In this document: piece by piece, positions 49,035 through 56,855 of the stretch
Layout: every line of letters begins with the position of its first letter
How positions within the stretch are numbered: the stretch's first letter is position 1
Source: an uncultured Verrucomicrobiae bacterium
Lineage (GTDB): Bacteria > Verrucomicrobiota > Verrucomicrobiia > Chthoniobacterales > UBA10450
Direction of reading: 5' to 3'
Length of the DNA stretch: 64,000 nucleotides
Assembly: GCA_963825355.1 (NCBI GenBank)
Contig: CAWGSY010000001.1
Location: 1,074 to 65,073 of the forward strand
Notes under the pieces: generated by a model
What the model was told of the DNA's origin: nothing
What the model saw: the letters and a program-made list of their open reading frames with translations, nothing else
Databases searched by the model: none
Translations under genes and position numbers: made by a program

Positions 49035-49814
49035 TTGCCGCCCGTGAATTCGGATGATCCTCCCGCTCGTCAGCTCGCGCACGGTCGTTTCAATACGACA
49101 CGCTGGAGCGTTGTGCTTTCCTGCGTGGACGAGGACGGGGGCATGCAGAAGATGCACATGGCGCTGGCGGAACTTTGCAAAATATACTGGCGACCCGTCT
49201 TCGCGTTCATTCGCCGCCTGGGACGTTCGCCTCAGGACGCCCAAGATCTGACGCAAGATTTTTTTGTCATGCTGCTTAAAGGACAGCTTCTGCAGCGCGC
49301 CAATCCCGCTCGCGGCCGCTTCCGTTCGCTGGTACTCAAAGCGTTGGAGGACTTTTTGCGCGATGCGCAAGCGAAGCGTTCCGCGCAGAAACGCGGTGGC
49401 GACGTGCAGTTTGTTTCATGGGATGATTGGATGTCCGAGGCACCATCGCAGTTCTCGATTTCTCAGCAGGAATCAGATAGATGGCCCGCGGAGCGGATTT
49501 TCGATGTGCGCTGGGCGGCCACGGTAGTCGAGCGCGCCTTAAGCCGCCTGGGCGAAGAATGCGAAACACGCGGGCGCCGGCGCGTTTTCGATATGTTGAG
49601 TCCGTGTCTGGCGGCAGAGCGGAACAATGTTTCCTATGCCAAATTTTCAAAAACGCTCGGCATTCCCGAAGCCTCGGTGAAGCGGCTCGTACATCAGATG
49701 CGGGTACGTTACCGCGCATTGCTCCGCGAAGAAGTCGGTCTTACTGTCGAGAAACCCGATGAAATCGACGATGAACTCCGTTATTTGTGCGCTGCACTGA
49801 GTGCCGCGGAATAG
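49035..49814 (+). CDS. ECF-type RNA polymerase sigma factor (kinase-associated type, ECF43-like)
   Basis: The N-terminal 'FNTTRWSVV' box, sigma-2 'DAQDLTQDFFVMLL' and sigma-4 HTH 'SYAKFSKTLGIPEASVKRLVHQMRVRY'. TTG start in the ORF track, so the exact start is uncertain. Confidence 0.75.
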   Translation: MPPVNSDDPPARQLAHGRFNTTRWSVVLSCVDEDGGMQKMHMALAELCKIYWRPVFAFIRRLGRSPQDAQDLTQDFFVMLLKGQLLQRANPARGRFRSLVLKALEDFLRDAQAKRSAQKRGGDVQFVSWDDWMSEAPSQFSISQQESDRWPAERIFDVRWAATVVERALSRLGEECETRGRRRVFDMLSPCLAAERNNVSYAKFSKTLGIPEASVKRLVHQMRVRYRALLREEVGLTVEKPDEIDDELRYLCAALSAAE

Positions 49815-50052
49815 CTAAAATTCAAACAAACCTTCTCGGGTGTCCCATAGTTGAGCCCGATCCGAGCGGACCAACAATCCGAAAATCTCATTGTAGATAT
49901 CGCGCGATTCGCGAGCTAAACGTAATATTTTCGAGAACTTCTGCCTCCAAATCCCGGAGAAATATAAGAGAAAGAAGGCGGCTGCGCTCACGCGGCTGGG
50001 TCTAGTTCGCCCGGCCTCGCAGTTGTAAGTTTACTTCGATTACAAGATTCTG

Positions 50053-50244
50053 ATGAGTGGCAGTTCAATTTCGATCTCTGGACACGACGAGCCGTTGGCC
50101 TGCGAGCGTTGTGGAGCAGAATGGCGTCTCAAGGAGGGGCTTTGTGTGAGTTGCTTGCTCTCACCCGGCCTCGAGAGCGACATGCACAACGGGCAAGCAC
50201 CCGATGATGTATTCGATCAGACCGAGATGGGTGACGCCGACTGA
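50053..50244 (+). CDS. Cys-rich mini-protein, paralog of the kinase N-terminal CxxCG...GLCxxCLL module
   Basis: 'ACERCGAEWRLKEGLCVSCLLSPGLE' parallels 'ACPQCGSGSRVKHGLCLSCLLSQGLQ' at the start of the following kinase. Confidence 0.5.
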   Translation: MSGSSISISGHDEPLACERCGAEWRLKEGLCVSCLLSPGLESDMHNGQAPDDVFDQTEMGDAD

Positions 50245-50381
50245 CGCCGGCTCCAATGAGTAGCCGCAGCGTCGCTGTTACGCCGTAGCTCCGTAGCGTC
50301 GCCAATTCACATAAAAATTGGAGAAATTTTAGGCTTTTTTGTTGCAATGTTTCTGTCCCGCTCATAGTTTCACCGCCTTCG

Positions 50382-53243
50382 ATGAGTTCCCCCTGCGTTC
50401 CCGTTTCAGGGCGTGTTGAAAAAGAACCCGTCGCCTGTCCGCAGTGCGGCTCGGGATCGCGCGTTAAACACGGACTTTGCCTCAGCTGTCTGCTCTCCCA
50501 AGGCCTACAACAGGAGACCGAAACGGGGATAAGTCAAAACGGCGAAGGCCACAGCGTAGAGACGCTCGAGAAGGTACTCGGCGAAATTGCCGTGCAGGAT
50601 GCTGACTGGCGGCTGGGGAATTACCAAATTCTGGAAGAGATTGGGCGTGGCGGGATGGGAGTGATTTATCGCGCGCGACAACGGCACTCGCGGCGCATCG
50701 TCGCGCTGAAGCGCATCCTTGCCTATCACGCGGACTCGCAGGAGACGCTGGAGCGGTTTCGGCGGGAAGCGGAAGCGGCGGCGCACCTGGATCATCCAAA
50801 TATTCTGCCCATTTATGAAGTTGGCCAGAGCGAGGACGAGCTTCCATTTTTCAGTATGAAGTTTGCCGGTGGCGGCAGCTTGGTCGAGGCCGCACCGACT
50901 CTCCCCCGGGAACCGCGCCGTGCCGCGGGATTAATGGCTAAAGTAGCCCGTGCGGTTCAATATGCACACACCAGAGGCATTCTGCATCGCGATCTCAAAC
51001 CGGCGAATATTTTGCTCGATGGACACGGCGAACCGTTGGTGAGCGATTTCGGTTTGGCTACTTGGCTGGATACTGTTAGCGATCTCACGCACAGCCTGAC
51101 CATTTTCGGCACGCCCGGTTACATCGCCCCTGAGCAGGCAAATCCGGCGCTGGCCAAAGCTGCCAAGCTTACACCTGCGGCTGATGTCTACAGTCTGGGC
51201 GCGATCTTATTCGATCTTTTGACAGGACGTCCGCCATTTTTAGGCGAACACGCTTTGGCGGTAATCCACGAAGCAAGTCAAAACCCCGCGCCCAAATTGC
51301 GTTCGCTTGCACCGACGCTTGACACAGATCTGGAAACCATCTGCGCGAAATGTTTGGACCGGGATCCCGCTGCGCGCTATCGCTCCGCCGAGGCTTTGGC
51401 CGAAGACCTCGAGCGCTGGCTTGATGGGCGATCGATTATTGCGCGTCCTGTTTCGCCGCCCGCGCGACTTTGGCGCTGGTGTCGGAGAAATCCGCTGGTT
51501 GCAGGAATGGGAGTGCTCTTACTGGCATTAGCATCAGTACTCAGCGTCACGGTTTGGAAAGGCGAAATGGCCACGCCAACAGCGGCAGGTGGCATTGCGA
51601 TCCTGCCGTTTGAAAGTCTAATTCCAGATAAAGCGAATGCATTTTTTGCGGACGGCGTTTACGATGGTGTTTCAACCAAGCTGGCGAAGATCGCCAATCT
51701 GAAGGTCATCAGCCACAATAGCGTAGCAAAATATCGCGGCGTGCACGATGCACGCGAAGTCGGCCGCGCGTTGAATGTGGCCTACGTATTTGAGGGAATC
51801 GTGCGCAGGGAGGCGGGCAGGATTCTGCTGGATGCCCAGTTAATTGATACCCGCACCGATGCACGCATATGGACAGAAAGGTACGACCGGGATTTCAAAG
51901 ATGTGTTCGCACTTCAAAGCGAGATCGCGCAAAAGGTCGCAAATCGGCTTGGAGCCCAAGTTTCGTCCGTCGAGAAAGCCGCAATTGACGAGCCACCAAC
52001 CACCGACCTTGTTGCTTACGACGCGTACTTGCGGGCAAAGGACCTCCTCAGCGGAAATACGTTCAGCCCGCGTGTAAAAGAAGATTTGTTCCAGGCGGTC
52101 GAATTACTTAGTCAGGCTGTCGCTCGCGATCCTTCGTTCTTCGATGCCTATTATGAGCTCGCGGCAGCGCACGACAAAATTTATTTCCTCGGCTTCGATC
52201 ACACTACTGTGCGCCTTCAATTAGCCGAGACAGCCATTCAGTCTGTTCGCGGTCCGCGTCCCGAATCGGGAGAGACACATTTGGCCCTGGCTCATCACCT
52301 GTATTGGGTCTACCGCAATTACGACGAAGCCAAGGCAGAGCTGGCAATCGCACGCCGCTCACTGCCGAACGAATCACGAATTCCTCTTCTGACCGGCTAC
52401 ATTGACCGACGGCAAGGCCACTGGGAGAAATCCGTGGAGGAAATGAAGCAGGCATTGGAGCTGGACCCGCATAATTTCTCCATACTCCAGCAAATCTCTC
52501 TGACGTATCAAGCCCTGCGTCGCTACCAGGAGGCGCTATCCACTTTGGATAGCGCGCTCGCAATGGCTCCAAAAGATGCGGCCACTAAGGTGCGACGCGC
52601 GTGGGTTGCCGCAGAATGGCAAGCAGATCTAAAACCTCTGCATACGGCAATTGAGACGGTTCTCGCCGATGACCCGAGCGCGCTTCCCGTAATTGTTTAC
52701 CGATGGCTCGACCTTGCCTTCCGCGAACGCGATCCCGCGGCAGCGGAACGAGCCTTAGCCGCGATGCCGGCCGGCGGCTGCTACGAAGAGAATATTCCGT
52801 TTCCGATCAGTTGGTGCGAAGGTCTTGTTTATCGTCTCCGCGGTGATGAGCAGGCGGCGCGCGACGCGTTCTTCAGAGCACGAAATGAACTTCAGCAGAC
52901 CATGCGCAGTGAAGGCGGCTACGCTCAGGGTCTCTGCGCGCTCGGTGTGATTGACGCTGCTTTGGGAAACAAGCAGGATGCCATTCGGGAGGGCGAGCTT
53001 GCGGTCAAATTGATGCCCGCTAGCCAGAGTGCCATCGAGGGATCGGTATTAACCCAATACCTGGCTATTATCTACGCGTGGACGGGCAACAAAGACCGCG
53101 CAATTGAACAATTGACCGAAGCAGCCAAACTGCCCGGGAGCCATGTGACTTACGGATATTTGCGTCTTCATCCGCTCTGGGACCCGCTTCGGGGCGACCC
53201 GCGCTTTGAAGAAATTGTCGCTTCGCTGGCGCCAAAACATTGA
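50382..53243 (+). CDS. Ser/Thr protein kinase with N-terminal Cys motif, one TM, and an extracytoplasmic 'IAILPFE' domain plus TPR repeats
   Basis: Hanks motifs 'GRGGMGVIYRA', 'HRDLKPANILL', 'DFGLA' and 'GTPGYIAPE'. TM 'LVAGMGVLLLALASVLSVTVW', then 'GGIAILPFESLIPDKANAFFADGVYDGV' and TPR-like repeats. Confidence 0.9.
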   Translation: MSSPCVPVSGRVEKEPVACPQCGSGSRVKHGLCLSCLLSQGLQQETETGISQNGEGHSVETLEKVLGEIAVQDADWRLGNYQILEEIGRGGMGVIYRARQRHSRRIVALKRILAYHADSQETLERFRREAEAAAHLDHPNILPIYEVGQSEDELPFFSMKFAGGGSLVEAAPTLPREPRRAAGLMAKVARAVQYAHTRGILHRDLKPANILLDGHGEPLVSDFGLATWLDTVSDLTHSLTIFGTPGYIAPEQANPALAKAAKLTPAADVYSLGAILFDLLTGRPPFLGEHALAVIHEASQNPAPKLRSLAPTLDTDLETICAKCLDRDPAARYRSAEALAEDLERWLDGRSIIARPVSPPARLWRWCRRNPLVAGMGVLLLALASVLSVTVWKGEMATPTAAGGIAILPFESLIPDKANAFFADGVYDGVSTKLAKIANLKVISHNSVAKYRGVHDAREVGRALNVAYVFEGIVRREAGRILLDAQLIDTRTDARIWTERYDRDFKDVFALQSEIAQKVANRLGAQVSSVEKAAIDEPPTTDLVAYDAYLRAKDLLSGNTFSPRVKEDLFQAVELLSQAVARDPSFFDAYYELAAAHDKIYFLGFDHTTVRLQLAETAIQSVRGPRPESGETHLALAHHLYWVYRNYDEAKAELAIARRSLPNESRIPLLTGYIDRRQGHWEKSVEEMKQALELDPHNFSILQQISLTYQALRRYQEALSTLDSALAMAPKDAATKVRRAWVAAEWQADLKPLHTAIETVLADDPSALPVIVYRWLDLAFRERDPAAAERALAAMPAGGCYEENIPFPISWCEGLVYRLRGDEQAARDAFFRARNELQQTMRSEGGYAQGLCALGVIDAALGNKQDAIREGELAVKLMPASQSAIEGSVLTQYLAIIYAWTGNKDRAIEQLTEAAKLPGSHVTYGYLRLHPLWDPLRGDPRFEEIVASLAPKH

Positions 53244-53317
53244 GGAACAGTACTTTGCGTCTGACTAATCGGCTTTTGTCTTGACAAAACAGGCAAGCAT
53301 AGACACCATCGGAACTG

Positions 53318-53587
53318 ATGAAACGAGATTTAGCCGGAGTTAATAAACGTCTTCTTGCGGGAGTGCTCGTGGCTGTGGCCGTACTTGCGATGAGTGCTTT
53401 TACCATCCACGCGCCGAGTCAAACGTCTGCTCTTCGCTCCTTCCACAGCATTCAAACTGACAAAGCCACACTGTTTTACGCGACCAGGGGTCCGAATGCC
53501 AATTGGTTCGTGGAGCAGGTTCTGCCGGGAACCAGCGAGAGTAAGGACGCGAAAGAGAATTTGAAATTAGTTGCGGCGGCGCTTTAA
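53318..53587 (+). CDS. Small secreted or anchored protein (89 aa)
   Basis: The N-terminal hydrophobic segment 'LLAGVLVAVAVLAMSAFTIHA' is followed by a hydrophilic 60-aa region. No motif known to me. Confidence 0.45.
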   Translation: MKRDLAGVNKRLLAGVLVAVAVLAMSAFTIHAPSQTSALRSFHSIQTDKATLFYATRGPNANWFVEQVLPGTSESKDAKENLKLVAAAL

Positions 53588-53701
53588 GCTGCTGCCTAGC
53601 TGAACGCATCAATTAGTCAGTCTCGGAAATCTCGGGACTGGCTGCATCGTGTACTGCAACGTTTGCTTCTCAGCGAATGTCCTCGGTAGAAATATTCTGA
53701 G

Positions 53702-54301
53702 ATGATTTCAAAGCGCGTTCACGTCGCATGGTTCGTAATACATTTCTTCCTAATAACCGCAGTTTGTTTTGCCGGGCTATTCTCGCTTGTCGCCGAACGG
53801 GCTACGATACTTCCATCAGCGCTGGATACGTACGCGCGGAAGGCTGAACTAATTGCGGCGTGGATGTTAGGAAAGCACGCCGTCGCATCCAGTCCCGTGC
53901 GACGAAGCATCGCGACTTATCTGCACGCCGCCGGCATCCAATCAGGATATACTTTTTTTGCGCCGAATATCCCGGGCTACCACAAGTTGATTTTCGAATT
54001 AAACTACCAGGACGGGCACGTGGAGTATGAGTCTCCCCATTTTAGCGGGAAAGCAGCCGCTCTTCGATTGGACAGCTTATTAGCGCGGTTGGACGACAAT
54101 CGGTACGAACCTCTGCGAGAAGTAATAGTGAAGATGCTCGCATTGTCTGTCTGGCGCGAACACCCTGACGTAAACAAAATTCGGGCCACCTTCGGATTGG
54201 TGAGCCCTCCAAGCATCAGTGATTTTGAGCAGGCCAAAGGCGAATCGTTTCAACCAATCTTCAGCTTTGATTTCAGCTTGCGTGATGAGCAGAAACGCTA
54301 G
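53702..54301 (+). CDS. Membrane-anchored protein, SdpA/DUF5819-like candidate
   Basis: An N-terminal TM and a 'GYTFFAPNIPGYH' motif reminiscent of the W.FFAP.P box of HTTM-partner proteins. Its stop overlaps the start of the HTTM gene by 17 nt. Confidence 0.35.
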   Translation: MISKRVHVAWFVIHFFLITAVCFAGLFSLVAERATILPSALDTYARKAELIAAWMLGKHAVASSPVRRSIATYLHAAGIQSGYTFFAPNIPGYHKLIFELNYQDGHVEYESPHFSGKAAALRLDSLLARLDDNRYEPLREVIVKMLALSVWREHPDVNKIRATFGLVSPPSISDFEQAKGESFQPIFSFDFSLRDEQKR

Positions 54302-55241
54302 CGAAACCACGGGCGACAACGTTTGCGTTGAGGCGCACACGCTCCTGATCCTACTGCGACGTCAGTGGCAAAAATTATTTGAATTCCTGTTTCCTGCGGA
54401 GACAGACACGTGGCTTGCCGTCTTCCGTATCGGCATGGGCCTGCAAGTCCTCATTTATGCCCTATTCCTAAGGAGTGACTGGCACTCCTTATTTTCCTCA
54501 ACAGGCAAGGGTCTTGTTAGCCGCGAGTTGGGAGACGCCATGGCTTCGTTCGACAGTCTGTTAATTCCAAAGCTTGGCTGGCTCGTGACTTTTGGCCAAC
54601 ATTTCGGCGTCGGAGAAGAAACAGTTCTTTCCATCGCCTGGGCCTGTTTATTTTGCATGGGATGCTGTCTGCTGCTGGGACTCTTCTGTCGGCCGGCGGC
54701 GATTGCCGCGTGGTTTCTTCACCTCTGCGCGGCTGAGAGCGGTGGATTGCTTGCGTACGGCGCAGACAATTTCACGACCATCGCGCTGTTTTATTTAATG
54801 TTGTCGCCGCTGCCGGACCGATATTCCGTCGACAGTAGGCTTGTTAAAACGAAACTTAAGGACCCGCGGCTCCTGGGCTTTTGGCGACGCGTGTTACAAA
54901 TTCACCTGTGCTTCGTCTATTTTTTCGGGGGCTTGGCAAAACTTCTCGGCAGTGGTTGGTGGAATGGATCTAATCTGTGGCGTTCGTTGATACGGCCGCC
55001 GTTTAATCTTCTTTCCCCGGACATGTTGATTCGATTCAAGTACGCGCTGCCTATTCTCGGAATTTCAATCTGCCTGATTGAGATCGGCTACCCCGTTTTC
55101 ATCTGGATTAAGAAGACTCGATTTCTTTGGTTGGTTTGCATTTTGGCAATGCACGCCGCAATCGGACTAACGATGGGAATGTATCTGTTTGCTCTTGTCA
55201 TGATTGTACCTGAATCTGGCCGCGTTCGGCGTGGGTATTAG
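54285..55241 (+). CDS. HTTM-domain polytopic membrane protein (vitamin-K carboxylase-like / SdpB-like)
   Basis: 'DTWLAVFRIGMGLQVLIYALF' fits the HTTM N-terminal 'LA.FRI.fG' pattern, followed by multiple TM segments. ATG at 54285 is preferred over the longer 54219 ORF. Confidence 0.55.
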   Translation: MSRNASETTGDNVCVEAHTLLILLRRQWQKLFEFLFPAETDTWLAVFRIGMGLQVLIYALFLRSDWHSLFSSTGKGLVSRELGDAMASFDSLLIPKLGWLVTFGQHFGVGEETVLSIAWACLFCMGCCLLLGLFCRPAAIAAWFLHLCAAESGGLLAYGADNFTTIALFYLMLSPLPDRYSVDSRLVKTKLKDPRLLGFWRRVLQIHLCFVYFFGGLAKLLGSGWWNGSNLWRSLIRPPFNLLSPDMLIRFKYALPILGISICLIEIGYPVFIWIKKTRFLWLVCILAMHAAIGLTMGMYLFALVMIVPESGRVRRGY

Positions 55242-55304
55242 CGTCCTTTTCATCGGGGATCCTGCGTGTCATAGAGTTTCTCGTGTCAAATCAGAAGCCA
55301 ACGT

Positions 55305-55333
55305 GAGATTTTCTCGACTTCGCTTCGAATGAC
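55305..55333. repeat. Half copy (right arm) of the palindromic repeat family
   Basis: 'gagattttctcgacttcgcttcgaatgac'. Confidence 0.7.
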
Positions 55334-55437
55334 AGGAAAGGAATCCGCCACATCTGTTGCCTGTCCGCCGTCTTGTCTCGCCGGAGGCTTGTGCGAAGGC
55401 GGAAGTCTCGTGCGAAGGCGGTAATCCGCGGTTCTTT

Positions 55438-55467
55438 GAGAGATCCTTCGACTTCGCTCAGGATGAC
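55438..55467. repeat. Half copy (right arm) of the palindromic repeat family
   Basis: 'gagagatccttcgacttcgctcaggatgac', preceded by a tandem 'gtgcgaaggcgg' x2. Confidence 0.7.
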
Positions 55468-55780
55468 AATTTGCCGCAGCGCACGCGTTGTTCGAACGGG
55501 GGCAACACACTAGAATCCGCCGCAATGGCCACACGGGGAACAAAGGGCGGCCTTGCAGGCTGAGTAAGTCGAGAACGCTGGCGATCGTCATCGCCTGTAT
55601 CTTGCCCCGGCGATTGACAGCATCGGAAACGCGGTTGCGATTGAAATACGAATTCTCTACGTTGGGCCACCGAAGTGCTATTAAAAGTTGCCTTTATTCG
55701 CAATGATTTCATGTAAGCTGGTCTTCAATTTAATGCCTGTCTTTGAGTTCAGCGTGTTCGATAGCTGAGATGATTCGTCT

Positions 55781-56434
55781 ATGCAACACGACGCAGCATC
55801 CCGAAACAATCTGGCGGACTATGACTACGGCTCCGCGGAGGCGCCTCACACAGAAGCATACTTGTGGCGGCATATCATCAGGCTGTCCGCGGAGTTGAAC
55901 GCACGGCGTATTGTCGATATTGGGTGCGGTAATGGCGCACTCTGCCGCGAACTTGCCGGCCGAGGATACGAAGTGGTCGGCTGCGAGCCGAGCACTAGGG
56001 GCGTTCACTTCGCACGAAGTTCGGCGCCGGAGTTGGTGTATCATGAGATCGGAGTAGATGATGACCCAACCTCCGTTGGAGCCGAGAGCTTCGACGTGGC
56101 TATCGCTACCGAAGTGATCGAGCACCTCGTTCGACCTCGTGACCTGCTTCGCTTCGCCAAGCAGCTGCTTCGGGCTGGGGGGTACCTTATCATCAGTACA
56201 CCGTACCATGGTTACCTGAAGAATCTCTCCTTTGCTCTTACTAACAAGTGGGACGCACACCTTTCGCCTTTCTGGGACGGCGGCCACATCAAGTTCTGGT
56301 CACGCAAGACTCTCTCGCAGCTGTTGAACGATGCCGGGTTTTTCGTCGTTCGGTTTATTGGAGCGGGTCGATTACCATTCCTGTGGAAAAGCATGATTAT
56401 CGTTGCACAGAAGCCACGAGGTGTCGCCAAATAG
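55781..56434 (+). CDS. Class I SAM-dependent methyltransferase
   Basis: Motif I 'IVDIGCGNGALCRELAGRGYEVVGCEPS' and motif II 'FDVAIATEVIEHL'. Confidence 0.85.
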   Translation: MQHDAASRNNLADYDYGSAEAPHTEAYLWRHIIRLSAELNARRIVDIGCGNGALCRELAGRGYEVVGCEPSTRGVHFARSSAPELVYHEIGVDDDPTSVGAESFDVAIATEVIEHLVRPRDLLRFAKQLLRAGGYLIISTPYHGYLKNLSFALTNKWDAHLSPFWDGGHIKFWSRKTLSQLLNDAGFFVVRFIGAGRLPFLWKSMIIVAQKPRGVAK

Positions 56435-56524
56435 TGCAGCGCAATCGTTCCCGCAGATGTACAAAAGAAATGGACAAACAGTTGTTTATCAGATTTATTC
56501 CGGCTCCGGTTTCATAGGTGAAAT

Positions 56525-56591
56525 GGGGTGTAGCTCAGTTGGTAGAGCGTCTCGTTCGCAAAGGTAAGGGGTTCGAATCGCCTTACCTCGA
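56525..56591 (+). pseudogene. Degenerate tRNA-Ala(CGC) copy
   Basis: It aligns to 47561..47633 ('GGGGTGTAGCTCAGTTGGTAGAGCGTCTCGTTCGCAA' ... 'GGGGTTCGAATCGCCTTACCTCGA'). It lacks the 3' anticodon-stem strand (about a 5-nt deletion) and has acceptor and T-stem mismatches. The similarity continues 10 nt past the 3' end. Confidence 0.75.
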
Positions 56592-56711
56592 GTCTTCGCT
56601 TAGAGGGACGAAAAGCGGAGGCTGTTATGCCGGAGTGAAACGAAGGCGGACATCTTTTGAGTTCGCTACGTGAACGCAGCGAGCTACGACTCGGCAAGCC
56701 AAGGCTTAAGA

Positions 56712-56855
56712 ATGGCAAAGTTCTTTTACGTTTATCTTCAAAGCCATGTGGATCCAGAACGGTTCTGTAGAGGTTTAACTGGGGGATTAAAAGCGACGGA
56801 AAACCGCCGCACTCCAAAGCGCTTCGCGCAAAACTCAGCTCCGCGCTATCAGTGA
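56712..56855 (+). pseudogene. Truncated GIY-YIG nuclease-family ORF
   Basis: 'MAKFFYVYLQSHVDPERFCRGLTGGLK' matches the GIY-YIG N-terminus ('FYVYIL.S...P.RfYvGlT.dL..Rl'). The rest is degenerate, and it overlaps the convergent Wzy-like gene end. Confidence 0.55.

Noticed and set aside
47634-56524. Classical integrase-bearing genomic island at tRNA-Ala
   Set aside because: No integrase, recombinase, excisionase or transposase is recognisable. Only the tRNA remnant is reported as an observation.
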